A DNA stretch of 64,000 nt from an uncultured delta proteobacterium (GTDB lineage Bacteria; Myxococcota; Kuafuiibacteriia; Kuafuiibacteriales; Kuafuiibacteriaceae): the NCBI GenBank assembly GCA_963803435.1, contig CAWDML010000007.1, positions 535,167 to 599,166 of the forward strand. Reading direction: 5' to 3'. Made by a program: the position numbers and the translations under genes. Below the pieces are notes generated by a model. The model was not told the origin of the DNA. It ran no database searches and saw only the letters and a program-made list of their open reading frames with translations. Every line of letters starts with the position of its first letter. The stretch's first letter is position 1. Shown one piece after another: positions 44,901 through 63,785 of the stretch.

Positions 44901-46706
44901 TTACACCGCTTCTGCGGCGCTCGCGTCGATGAAACCTTTGTCGGCGAGTCGCTCGAGCCGCGTGAAGTATTCCTCACGCGCACGATCGGGCGACCCGAAA
45001 TAGATCCGATGCATCCGCATACTCTCGGGATGCGTCCCCCAGCGAACGATCACCTGTCGCTCATCGAGCGAGAGTCGATAGGTGGTGGCGGCGCCCTCTC
45101 CCTGGCGGCGGATCAACGTCCGGGTCTCGGCGCGGATGAGCTTGCGGCCCTCCTCGGTCCCGCGGGCGCGCTCGAGCTCCGCCTGCTGGCGCGCGTAGAG
45201 GAGACGGAGCGCGATCATCGGCACCGTCGGTCCCTCGCGTAGACCGCTCCGCCGGAACTGCGGGCTGGTGCAAGCGGCGTCGATCGTCCGGCCCTCGCGA
45301 TCGATCGTGAATGATGTCTGATACGTCCGGTGCGCCTTCTTGTCCTCGACCTCACCCTCGATCCGCACGCCCTCGCCGCCCAGGTCGTGAACCCGCGTCA
45401 GCCTCACCTGGCCCTCACCCTCGAGCAGCCGGTGTGCCTCCGCCTCCCTCTCGTCCCGGTACTTGAGCTTCTCGGCGTCGACCGGCTCGGCGAAGAGCGG
45501 CCGCTGCCGAAACGTCCCGGTGGCGACGTCGTGGAGCACCACGCCGCGCTGCATCTCGTACAGGAGCGCCTGGCGGACATCGTTGCTCTCCCGTCCGGTG
45601 CTCGAGGCCAGCGCCTCCAGCGTCTTCGGACCCTCGGCCAGCTTCTGCACCACCTGGCGCGGGAGCACGTCGTCGGTCCCGTTCGCCACCAGCAGATCGA
45701 AGGTCGCGATCCCCGCCCAGCCGCTGTCCGTCCAGCCGGACAGCGAGAGCGTGAGCGTGGCGTCCTCCATGTCGACGATGTAGTAGGCCGGCAAGCCCGC
45801 ACCCACGAGCCGAACGCTGACCCGCTTCGCGTGGGGGAGCAGCCGCGACAGCACCATCAGCCGCTTGCGTCCCCACGTGCGGACCACCTGGGGCCGCGAG
45901 CCTTCGAACACACCGCCGCTGCCGTGGAGCACGAGGTCCCAGGGCTCGAGCACGATGCGCGGTACCTCGCCCGGGACCAGCTCGTACCGGAGCGCGCGCG
46001 GCGACTTCTTGGCCTTGTGGCGCCTGAGCGTCAGGAGGACGTTGTAGAGATCCACCGGCGCGATCTCGAAGGTCTGGCAGGGGAGCGTCGAGGCCGCCTG
46101 CACCTGGCTGAACGCGCGGATCCAGCGGTAGGGCACCAGGAGGTCGCGCTCCTGACCGGCCGTCGACGGGACCAGCTCCAGCGTCGTCGATCGATACGAC
46201 CGCATCCGCGTGAGCGCGCCCAGCAACTGCTGATTGATGTCGAGGTGGGTGGTCCCGGCCTGGACCTCCTGCGTCCGGTACGCATCCGACCTCACGAAGA
46301 GCCGCGCGTAGGCGGACTCGTCCGCCGAGAAGACCTCGAGCGAGAGACCGTCGTCCGACACCGTCAGGATCGGATCGAGGGGTGTCTCCTCCTTGGTCGC
46401 CTCGCCGTACTTCGACTCGAGAAAGGCCTTCTGGGCGTTCCAGAGCTGATCGCTGGCCGCCTTGCCCTGCTGGAGCAGGTACTGCAGATAGTCGGAGCAA
46501 TCCCGCGCCTTGAAGCGGAGATCGCTCATCAAGACGTCGCCGATGGTCAGGAGCGCGTCGCGGACCACGCCCGGACGCTCGAGATCCGCGACCAGCCGCG
46601 CGCCGGAGCGAAGGCCATCGGTCGGCAATGAGAGTCTGAAGCTGTCCTCGCCGGCGACGGGGTCGCTCGCCTTGCTGTACCGGACCTTGACTTCCTTCGC
46701 TTCCAT
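44901..46706 (-). CDS. SWIM-zinc-finger-family retron accessory protein with degenerate SWIM and C-terminal WGR-like domain
   Basis: DPILTV...EVFSADESAY, WIRAFSQVQ, LEPW, RTWGRKRL, LSGWT; ACTSPQF..GPTVPMIAL; VRWG...F...KGF. Confidence 0.75.
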   Translation of the reverse strand: MEAKEVKVRYSKASDPVAGEDSFRLSLPTDGLRSGARLVADLERPGVVRDALLTIGDVLMSDLRFKARDCSDYLQYLLQQGKAASDQLWNAQKAFLESKYGEATKEETPLDPILTVSDDGLSLEVFSADESAYARLFVRSDAYRTQEVQAGTTHLDINQQLLGALTRMRSYRSTTLELVPSTAGQERDLLVPYRWIRAFSQVQAASTLPCQTFEIAPVDLYNVLLTLRRHKAKKSPRALRYELVPGEVPRIVLEPWDLVLHGSGGVFEGSRPQVVRTWGRKRLMVLSRLLPHAKRVSVRLVGAGLPAYYIVDMEDATLTLSLSGWTDSGWAGIATFDLLVANGTDDVLPRQVVQKLAEGPKTLEALASSTGRESNDVRQALLYEMQRGVVLHDVATGTFRQRPLFAEPVDAEKLKYRDEREAEAHRLLEGEGQVRLTRVHDLGGEGVRIEGEVEDKKAHRTYQTSFTIDREGRTIDAACTSPQFRRSGLREGPTVPMIALRLLYARQQAELERARGTEEGRKLIRAETRTLIRRQGEGAATTYRLSLDERQVIVRWGTHPESMRMHRIYFGSPDRAREEYFTRLERLADKGFIDASAAEAV

Positions 46707-46715
46707 CTGCGGCTC

Positions 46716-54648
<7,933 letters not shown>

Positions 54649-56374
54649 TGTCCGCGGCGGCGGCTTCGAGAAAATGGCTGGCGAGCCGGCGGCCTTTGTC
54701 GATCACCTCGGCCGAGGCCTCGACGATCGCCTTGCCGCTCGACATGATCGAGCGCGAGCCGCCGGTGCCGCCGCCGACGAGCAGCTGGTCGCTGTCGCCC
54801 TGGACCAGGTCGATCAGCTCGAACGGCACGCCGAGCCGCGAGGCCAGGACCTGAGCGAAGGGCGAGGCGTGGCCCTGGCCGTAGTCCAGCGTGCCGGTGA
54901 TCACGGTGACCCGGCCGTCGTCCTCGAAGCGGATGCCGCCCATCTCGGGGTTGGAGGGTGCCGTGACCTCAAGATAGCAGGCAAGCCCGCGACCGCGCAG
55001 CCGCCCGCGCGCCTCAGACTGTCGGCGCCGTTCGGGAAAACCTGCCCAGTCGGCTTTGGCGAGACCGTCCTCGAGCACGGCCGCGAAATCGCCGCTGTCG
55101 TAATCGAGCCCGGAGGCGGCGGTCCAGGGCATGGCGCCCTGCGGGATCAGGTTTCTGTGCCGGAGCTCGACCGGATCGTGGCCGGTCTCGCGCGCCGCGG
55201 TGTCGACCAGCCGCTCCATCACGTAGTTCGCCTCCGGGCGGCCGGCGCCCCGGTAGGGGCCGATCGGCACGGTGTTGGTGAAGGCGCACCGGGTCCGGAT
55301 CGCGACCACCGGGGTCCGGTAGAGGCTCGGCAGGTTCTTTTGCATGTTGATCGCCGGCATCGCCGGGCCGAAGGCGGTGAGATAGGCGCCCATATCGGCG
55401 ACGGTGCTGACCCGGACCGCGAGGAAATTGCCCTCGGCGTCGAGCGCGAGCTCGGCCTCGACCACGGTGCCCCGGCCATGCTGATCGGAGAGAAAGCTGC
55501 CGCTGCGCGGATCGCACCACTTGACCGGGCGGCCGAGCTCGCGAGCGGCGTGCAGGATCGCCACGTATTCCGGGTAGGCGGCCGATTTCATGCCGAACGA
55601 GCCGCCGACGTTGCCGGTCAGCACGTGCAGCCTTTCCGGCTCGATCTTCAGAAGGTCCTCGGCGAGCGAGCGGCGCAAGCCGAACACGCCCTGGCAGCCG
55701 ACGTGCAGCGTGAACCGGTCACTCGCGGCCTCGTAATCGGCGACCGCGGCGCGCGGCTCCATCGCTGCGACCACGATCCGGTTGCTGACGAGCCTGAGGC
55801 GGGTGACGTGCGCGGCGCTGGCGAACGCCCGCTCGGCGGCCGCGCGATCGCCGAAGCCCCAGTCGAGGCAGAGGTTCGGCTGGTCGTCGTGCAGCCGGGG
55901 GGCATCGGCGGCGAGCGCCGCGACCGCGTCGGCGACCGCCGGCAAGGATGCGATCTCGAGCTCGATCAGCTCGGCCGCGTCCTGGGCCGCAGGTATGCTC
56001 TCGGCGACCACCAGCGCCAGCGGCTCGCCGACGTAGCGCACCCGGTCGGTCGCGAACACCGGCCGGGGCGGCGCGAACAGCGGGCTGCCATCCTGGCTCT
56101 TGAGCGGCAGCTTGCAGAGGATCGGGCCATAGTCGCGAAGATCGGCGCCGGTGTAGACGGCGAGCACGCCCGGCGCGGCCCGCGCCGCAGCGCTGTCGAT
56201 GCGGCGCAGGCTGCCGTGCGCTTGCGGCGAGCGCAGGACCACCCCATAAGCCTGGCCCGGCAGGTCGACGTCGTCGGTGTAGCGGCCGTGGCCCGCGACC
56301 AGATAGGGGTCCTCCTTGCGGGCGACCGGTTGGCCGATGCCGAACTTCATGGGAGGCAGGGGGTCGTGGTCCAT
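54649..56374 (-). CDS. Xanthine dehydrogenase/CoxL-family molybdopterin-binding subunit, C-terminally truncated
   Basis: IGQPVARKED..V.GHGRYTDD, MEPRA, VGGSFGMK, YRGAGRPEA, GQGH, GGTGGSRS; homology stops at HFLEAAAAD. Confidence 0.88.
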
Positions 56375-56617
56375 CGCAGGCGTTACCTCGATCGGATGAA
56401 GGCCGACCCCCGAGGCTAGTGCGATCCTGGTCGGGGGCAACCCGTTTGGCCGCGAATCCGGGAATTTCGACGCGCAAAGCCGATTGCTGACGGATACGCT
56501 CCTATGCCAGAAAGCATCGCATCGGAAGCGGTAGAGGTCGGTTCCCGGCCGCGCGCGGCGTGGCCGGGAACCGCGGCGGCCGTCGCTGGCCGGGAGCGGT
56601 CGAGCCGGGAGCGAGGG

Positions 56618-58147
56618 GTGAGTTCGAATCAGCCTGTCGATCTGCTGGTCGTCGGCGGCGGCGTCAACGGCACCGGCATCGCGCGCGACGCCGCCGGGCG
56701 CGGGCTCAAGGTGATCCTGTGCGAGCAGGACGACCTCGCGCGTCACACCTCCTCGGCGAGCAGCAAGTTGATCCATGGCGGCCTGCGCTATCTGGAGCAC
56801 CACGAATTCCGGCTGGTGCGCGAGTCGCTGATCGAGCGCGAGGTGCTGCTGCGCTCCGCCCCGCACATCATCTGGCCGCTGCGCTTCATCCTGCCCCATG
56901 ACCGCGAGCAGCGCCCGGCCTGGCTGATTCGGCTCGGCCTGTTGCTCTACGACCACCTCGGCGGCCGGCGGCGGCTGCCGGCCTCCGAGGCGATCGATCT
57001 CAACGTCGATCCGGCCGGCCGGCCGCTCAAGCCGGAGTTCGGGACCGGCTTCGCCTATGCCGACTGCTTCGTCGACGACGCTCGTCTGGTCGTGCTCAAT
57101 GCGCTCGATGCCAGGGAGCGGGGCGCCGAGATCCTGACCCGGACCCGGTGCACGGCGGCCCGGCGCGCGAACGGCCTGTGGTATGCCGAGCTCGATCCGG
57201 GCGGCGGCGGCCCGCCGCGCCAGGTCCGGGCGCGCGCCCTGATCAACGCCACGGGTCCCTGGGTCTCGAGCTTCCTCAAAGACCAGCTGCGGATGTCGGC
57301 GCCGAGCGATCTGCGCCTGGTCAAGGGCGGCCACATCATCGTGCCCCGGCTCTACGATCACCCGTGTCCTTACATCCTGCAGCAGACCGATCGCCGGGTC
57401 GTGTTCGTGATCCCCTACGAGCAGAAGTACTCGCTGATCGGCACCACCGACGTCGACTACCCGGACGAGCCGGGCGCGGTCGAGATCGGCGACGACGAGA
57501 TCGACTATCTCTGCCGGGCGGTCAGTCGCTATTTCCGCGAGCCGTTGACGCCGGATCAGGTCGAGTGGACCTATGCCGGGGTACGGCCCTTGTACGACGA
57601 CGCCGGCCGCGACGTCTCGGCGATCACCCGCGACTATGTCTTCGACCTCGACGAGCCCGTGGACGACGCGCCGCTGCTCTCGGTGTTCGGCGGCAAGATC
57701 ACGACCTCGCGCAAGCTCGCCGAGCATGCGCTCGAGCAGCTGCGGCCGGTGATGCGGTTCGACGCCGGCGCCTGGACGGCGGGCGCGGCGTTGCCGGGTG
57801 GCGATTTGCCGGACGCTGATTTCGAGGCTTTCCTGGCCGGGCTGCAGCTCGAGCGCGCCTGGTTGCCGCCGGAGCTGGCGCGGCGCTACGCCCGGGCTTA
57901 CGGCACCCGGGTGAGCGCGCTCCTGGATGGCGCCGCGAGCCTCGATGATCTGGGCGAGCCGCTGGGCGAGGGCCTGTACGAGGCCGAGGTCAACTACCTG
58001 GTCCGCGAGGAGTGGGCGCGGACCGCCGAGGACATTCTGTTCCGCCGCTCCAAGCTCGGCCTGCACGTCAGCGATGCGAGCGCGGCGCGCCTGCGCGCTT
58101 GGCTCGGGCGCAATACCAACGGCGCCGAGGATGCCGCCTCGGCCTGA
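56618..58147 (+). CDS. glpD: FAD-dependent glycerol-3-phosphate dehydrogenase
   Basis: DLLVVGGGVNGTGIARDAAGRGL, TSSASSKLIHGGLRYLE, IGTTD, YAGVRPL, GGKITT. Confidence 0.95.
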   Translation: MSSNQPVDLLVVGGGVNGTGIARDAAGRGLKVILCEQDDLARHTSSASSKLIHGGLRYLEHHEFRLVRESLIEREVLLRSAPHIIWPLRFILPHDREQRPAWLIRLGLLLYDHLGGRRRLPASEAIDLNVDPAGRPLKPEFGTGFAYADCFVDDARLVVLNALDARERGAEILTRTRCTAARRANGLWYAELDPGGGGPPRQVRARALINATGPWVSSFLKDQLRMSAPSDLRLVKGGHIIVPRLYDHPCPYILQQTDRRVVFVIPYEQKYSLIGTTDVDYPDEPGAVEIGDDEIDYLCRAVSRYFREPLTPDQVEWTYAGVRPLYDDAGRDVSAITRDYVFDLDEPVDDAPLLSVFGGKITTSRKLAEHALEQLRPVMRFDAGAWTAGAALPGGDLPDADFEAFLAGLQLERAWLPPELARRYARAYGTRVSALLDGAASLDDLGEPLGEGLYEAEVNYLVREEWARTAEDILFRRSKLGLHVSDASAARLRAWLGRNTNGAEDAASA

Positions 58148-58216
58148 GCCCGCCAGGCATCGAGCAGGCTTGCCCAATCCTGCCTTGCGGGGTAGTCCAA
58201 GCGGCAGTCGCCGTGC

Positions 58217-58294
58217 GCGCCCGTAGCTCAGCAGGATAGAGCATCGGATTCCTAATCCGGGGGTCGGGGGTTCGAATTCCCTCCGGGCGCGCCA
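58217..58294 (+). tRNA. tRNA-Arg (anticodon CCT)
   Basis: Acceptor GCGCCCG/CGGGCGC, D arm GCTC..GAGC, anticodon arm TCGGA-TTCCTAA-TCCGG, GTTCGAAT, encoded CCA; one extra base near T arm. Confidence 0.93.
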
Positions 58295-58350
58295 CTCTGG
58301 TTATAGCATTCCTCTTTTCAACGGCTTACCAGCCAGTTTCGGCTAACCAG

Positions 58351-59443
58351 TCAACACAGGTGAGACATTAGCGGCTGGCTCGGTCTGCTCTGGGAACGCC
58401 TTGTCCCAGCGCCCGAAGGCCTGCTCGGCGAGTAGCCTTTGTCGCACCGCGCGGGTGTACAGCTCGACCTCGGCCAGGTTGGGTGGCCGGTGATTGCCAT
58501 GATCTCATGGACGTTGCACCCTGCTTCGGCCAAGCGCCTACAGGCCGCTTTGCGGAGCCCATGGGGCGAGCTGTCATGTGGGAGCCCGGCTGCGTGGGCA
58601 GCTTCCCGGAGCCAGTTCGTGAACGCCTTGTCCGACCGTGGGGCACCATTGAACGTGGCGATGTAGGTTCCCTGGTCAGGTGGCACCGAGGCTGAAGAAT
58701 ACGCTTCAAGCTCTGGTGGATCGGGATCATGAGCGTTATTCGACCCCGAGACTTGGACGTGGACAGGACGAACGTGCTCCCGTTGACCACATGCTCATGG
58801 CCAAGCCTCACAGCGTCAGATCGCCGCAGCCCGGTGTGCAGCAGGACCTCCATTGCGAGCCTTTGGGGCGTACCCGAACAGGCCAGTGCTTCCGGTACTT
58901 GGCGATGTCCTCTTCGGACCAGGTGCGGATGCCCTTGGCCACATGCCGGATACGCTTAGCCGTCGTGACCGGGCTACTCTTGATCCAACCGTCCGAGACG
59001 GCGAAGTTCATGAGGGCGCTCAGGCGCTTCCTGAAATTGGCGGCAGCACCAGGCCGGTCAGCCATCTTGTCCAGCATGCGGTTCACGTGGAGCGTCGTGA
59101 GGAGATCCACTGGCTTGTTGCCGTGCTCCTGCCGAAAGCGCTCGTAGACGCGCCGGAAACTCTCCTTTGTGGCCGGGGCCAGGGATTTCCACTCCGCCGA
59201 CCGGTAGTAGCGCTCGATCAGCGCAGACACACTGCCGGCCGCGGGCTTGCCTGGGGTCGGCGTGACTGTCCCCTCCAGGGCGCCCTCCTTGGCCCGGGGA
59301 TGGAGGCGGTCCAGAAGGCCTCGCTGTAGAGCGGCTCGGGCAGCGGTACCAGGGGATAGCCTGTAGGTCGTTAGTAGACCCGCCGCTTGCCGTGCCGGTC
59401 CTTGTAGATTTTCAGGTACGGCGGGCGCTTCATTCGTCTTCAT
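58351..59443 (-). CDS. Tyrosine recombinase/integrase, split by frameshifts
   Basis: LIERYYRSAEWKSLAPAT (core-binding), HTGLRRSDAVRL, PHGLRKAACRRLAEAG, IMAITGH across three ORFs. Confidence 0.85.
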
Positions 59444-59640
59444 CCCAGGGGTTTTTGGCCGTCGTTACTGCCACCTTACCCGGCGATCCCAGCACCTCGA
59501 TCGAGATCATCCCGGTGTGCGTAATCGATCAGCACTCCGGCCCGGGATCTCCCCGAGCCGCCCGGACTGCTCGCAAGGCCCCGCTTGATGTCCGCCTCCC
59601 GGAAGGCGCAGGGCCGCCGGCCAGCGACGAGCATCTTGGG
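59440..59640 (-). CDS. Possible excisionase-like small protein (frameshifted)
   Basis: RRPCAFREADIKR / ALRAVRAA fragments just upstream of integrase. Confidence 0.35.
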
Positions 59641-59851
59641 CAAGAGGTGGCTAAGTAGGGCATAGGCTGGTAGATACGGGGAGCCAGAAGGGAGCACAAG
59701 CGCCATTCCAGAGAAGAGGAGAAGATCGACCCATCCGTAACGCGCCCGTCCTGGGGCACTGTAGGCGCTCTCAGAGGCATCTGGCCGCTCGTAGCGGGGC
59801 GGTCGTCGTCCGTTTCGGGGTAGTGCTCGGCATTCCATGGCGCAAGGTCCA

Positions 59852-60750
59852 TTAGTTTTCATTCAGCCCGTGCGGCCAACGGGTATGCAGCCGGTCCTTC
59901 CAGGTCTCCTCCAGCCGGATGACGTCATCGCGCTCCATGTCGGGGGATACGCGCTGCAAGATGGTGAAGCGGAAACTCTTCGGGTCGCGCTCACGCAACA
60001 GCTTGTTGCCGCCGTGGCCGCGCGCGGCATAGTCTCGCCAGCGTCCAAGCAGGTTATCGCGGCCGTAGGCCGAGCCGACATAGCCCTTGCCGTCGGCCTC
60101 ATCGAAAATGAAGTACACCGCCCGCCACTGCGACAAGGCCGCCTGCCAGCGCTCGGGGAGAACGGCGAGTTCGTCCCAGCTGAGGTCGATCCTCTCCCAT
60201 TCGGGCATGGCGGCATCGAGCGCACTGTCTTCGAGCACTGCCACTACGGGGATCACGTTCCGGTGCGCCCGGCGCCACCATGACCGCTCGGGGCGTGGCC
60301 AGCTGACCACGAGCTTGCCCTTCCAGGGGGCGTAGAAATCCGTCAGTGCGAGGTCAAACCAGAGGATAGAGGATCTGCTGCTCTCTCTAGGAAGCCCTTC
60401 ATGCCGAAAGCCTTCATCTCGATGTAAGCCGGCACGCTCCAGTATTCCTCGTAGGTGAGTGGTCTGAACCCTTCAATCCGGTAAAGGCCGATGAACAGCG
60501 CCTTGCCGGGCTGGTGTCGGATAAAGGACGCGACATAGCGGGCGTCCCGCCCTAGCATGGCCTTCTCAACCTTCGGGCCTTGCGTCTGCTGATAGGCGTT
60601 GAACACGTCGGGCTTTTCGGCGGCCAACCAAGGCAGGACCTTGTTGAGCCCGGGCTCTTTTGGTCTGTGCCTCATGACCAGCACCTGCCGGGGATCGATG
60701 CCCTTGCCGGTGAGCAGGTCGTTCAGGTTCAGCAGGTCGTTCAGGTTCAT
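59852..60750 (-). CDS. GIY-YIG nuclease family protein (frameshift near 60380)
   Basis: AVYFIFDEADGKGYVGSAYGRDNLLGRWRDY, LEETWKDRL..HGLNEN; N-half FNAYQQTQ in ORF 60343..60750. Confidence 0.8.
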
Positions 60751-61111
60751 CGTCCGGCCTCCGGCACTGTAGCTACCTCATTCCGTTTGGGAGAGCAGGT
60801 TCTCTAATTCGGGCAGGGGCTGTTGTTCTTATAGTACATCCGCTGCTTGCCGTGGCGATCCTTGTAGGGGGAGCCGGGGGAGCGCACAAGCCATCCAGAA
60901 CCGCCTAAAGTCCCCAGTACGGGCGCGTTACGGATCGCCAGGCAAGATGATTGCCCCGGGCGTGCCCTAATGCTTTCCCAAGGGGGGGAATGCCGGCCGC
61001 GGATCGTCATCCCGCCGGACGCTCGAACAAGGAACCGCCCTGCCTGCAATATCACCTTCGAAGGTCTCCCACGTCGTGTTGACCCTGTCGGCCTGCGACG
61101 CCCGCACGATC

Positions 61112-62479
61112 TCAACGGTGCCATCTGGTCGGTTGACCCTTCAGGGCCGGCTCGACCCCGATCACGCGCCCGTACTCCTCCTTCAGGGTTGCTACGGCTG
61201 CATCCTCCTGCGCAGCGGGCACGATGATGCTGTCGTGGACGCTCAGGCAGACCACGCGCCCGCTCCCTCTTCAGGCGCAGCATCGTCCGGCTGAGGGCCT
61301 CGCTCTCCAGGTACATCAGATCGAAGCAGGTCAGGTCCTGCTCCGGCCAGTCCGCCAGCACGGGGAGGGCACTCAGCACCGCCTCCTGGACCTTCCGGAC
61401 AGGGTGGACCTTGCCCAGCTTCTCGCCGCCGGGATGCTCCTCCTGCCAGTCCTTGGAGATCTCCCTCGGCCACCTTGTGTGGAACCGATCGTGTCCGAGC
61501 GTCATGGTGATCCAGGCCTTGATCACGTTCCGGGGTAGGCCAGCGACGGCGTAAGGATCTCGGGAGAGATCCAGGTGCCTCCCCCTGAGGGCGTGCAGAA
61601 TGGTCAGGAAGCTCGCCCTGATATCGATCTCGACCACGGGCTCGCCGTCGATGAGCATCTTCAGGCGGTCCGCCTGGCTGAGCTGCTGGTAGCTCTCGCC
61701 CTGGCTGTAGAGGCGCCCGCCCTTGTTCCAGGCGAAGTCCGGAGCGTCTCCACAGTTGAAGATCCGCCGGTAGCCGTGGTGCACCCCGTGCTGCAGGTCG
61801 TGCCCCTCGATGAACTCATTGATCTCCCGAACCTCGGCCTCCAGCTCTCGGCTGCGCTTCGTGTGCCGTATCTTCATCCGTTTCCCATGGATCTTCCGAT
61901 ACCCGTCCCGCTTGGAGGACGCCCGGAGCACGAGGGCTTGGCGGGAACCTGCCGGTGGAAGTGCTGCTTGGTTTCCTTGAGGTCCACCCCATGCCGCTCT
62001 GCGAGGTCAAGAAGCTCCCTCGAGGAGCGAAGGCGGGTGCACCGGCCGTGCTGGCATTCACCCTCCGCGTGGCTGAAGTACCCTGGCTGCACCTCGATCA
62101 GGGCCAGCCCACGCAAGGCCCCAAAGATCGCCTGGAAGGCGCGGGAACTGACCGGCTCATCGGTAAACTCGTCTGGAGCCATGGGTCGGTAGAGCCACTG
62201 CCGCGGGCGCTCCTCCTCTGGGCCAGCGAGCAGATCCCCAATCACAAGCCCGACCGCTTCCCGGAACTGCTTGCGCTTGTTCCGGCGTCGCCCATAGGAC
62301 CTCTTCTTTCGGGTGTGCTCCCACGCCTCGATGCGGCCAGCCACGTCCTCGCAGAGGCTCTTGGCCTCGACCGTGATCGGCTGGTGGTCGAGCGCCATGA
62401 AGGCCGCCTCCACGTACCGCTCCCAGTCGGGCTCGGTCTCCTCCTCGTCGAGGTCTTCGGAAAGTCGATGCTCGATCAT
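61112..62479 (-). CDS. Family-A polymerase-like palm protein (frameshifts near 61930 and 61260)
   Basis: GGRLY, VEIDIRASFL (motif A-like), LMYLESE, and in shifted frame CLSVHDSIIV (motif C-like) ending at TGA 61112. Confidence 0.55.
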
Positions 62480-62745
62480 CGCACTCTCCTTTCGAAATCG
62501 TTTTCAGTAACCCTGTAGGTGGGCCGGGGGCTTGCTTAGGTTATCTGGGAACCCCCCTGTGATGTTCATTAGCTCCCAAGAGGGCACTCAGGGCATCTCC
62601 CTAAGCCACCGAAGTACTCCCAAGGACATGCCTCCACCAGGTGGTGGAGGATGATGTAGATGGTTCATACCCTTGGGGTACTTTAGGATCTTCTATGGTC
62701 TCTCCCCAGCACTCACCTCCTTCCTGCACCAGCCGGGCTACATCC

Positions 62746-63093
62746 TCAGCGATCATCGTCAGGAGTGTAGGTCGAGGGCTTGCAGTTCCAGGACATGTCG
62801 TAGAACCACTCACGGTCCTCGCGGGTACCTCGGAACCAGCCCTTGCTGTTCATGAAGTAGCGGATATCAAAGCGCTCGTCCTCGGTCCACAGCTCTCTGA
62901 GCGTAGCAAGGCGCTTGTAGGCGGCCCGGAAGTTCTCAAAGGCGGCCTGTACGGTGTCCGTCTCGTTACACCCGTTATGCCCCTCGTTACGCCCCTGAAC
63001 ATGGCTCTCGGCCTGGGCTTTGGCATCCTCGTTACGCTCGTTGCGCCGCCTCTCGCGGTAACGCGCCTGTCTCTCGGCGTTGGTCATAGCCAT
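62746..63093 (-). CDS. Phage-like hypothetical protein
   Basis: MAMTNAERQARYRERRR start after GAGAGGAG RBS. Confidence 0.55.
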   Translation of the reverse strand: MAMTNAERQARYRERRRNERNEDAKAQAESHVQGRNEGHNGCNETDTVQAAFENFRAAYKRLATLRELWTEDERFDIRYFMNSKGWFRGTREDREWFYDMSWNCKPSTYTPDDDR

Positions 63094-63639
63094 GCCATCT
63101 CCTCTCCTCTCGAAAAGCTCGACAACAACAGGGGCAACAAATCCAGGCCTAAAGGGGCCGATCAAAGGAAGTGGTCTCTCGACCAGCGGCGATCCGGCCA
63201 GATAGGGTTGGTTAGATGGGACCCAATCATCATGCGGCCTCCTTGTGGATTTCTGGCGTTTCCTCGGGCGGCAGCCAACCGGTACGCGCGAGCCGGCCGG
63301 GTTCTGGTGCAGGTAGCCCCAGCGGTCGACCCAGCGTGGCTCAAGGTGGTCGGCGTCATCGCCCTGGACCGCCCCGGAGCGGCCTACAGCGGGCGCGGGA
63401 CAGATGCGAGCCACCTCGATACGGGGAAGATCCGTCCCGCTGCTGGAGAGCCCCAGCTGCGCCAGGGCGACCCTCGGGGGCACCCCGGGCAACACTTGCC
63501 GCCACCCGCCCATACCGTCGCACTCCAGGACGCCATTGGCCACCGCCGGCCAGGAACCGTGTCGCCAGGAAGCTCGATGCCCTTTGTGCGCTCGCCGGGC
63601 TCCCTGGATGCCCAGGAGGGGCCGCGGGACACATAAGTG

Positions 63640-63785
63640 GTATGACAGTCCCCGCGACAGCCCCCGCCTTATCCGTCCCGTCTTCCCGGTGCCGCAATCG
63701 GTAGGCCTTCTGCGGCAAGCCGTAGAGCAGTAGACCGCATCGCGCCGCTTCTTCGGCCGGAACTGCTTTCCGCAGACATTGAACT
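63640..63785 (-). CDS. Fragment of phage-type Cys-containing (zinc ribbon-like) protein
   Basis: VCGKQFRPKKRRDAVYCSTAC then QKAYRLR after a one-base shift. Confidence 0.4.

Noticed and set aside
54649-56374. Bona fide form I CO dehydrogenase
   Set aside because: Active-site loop is YRGAGR rather than AYxCSFR; substrate cannot be assigned and the gene is truncated
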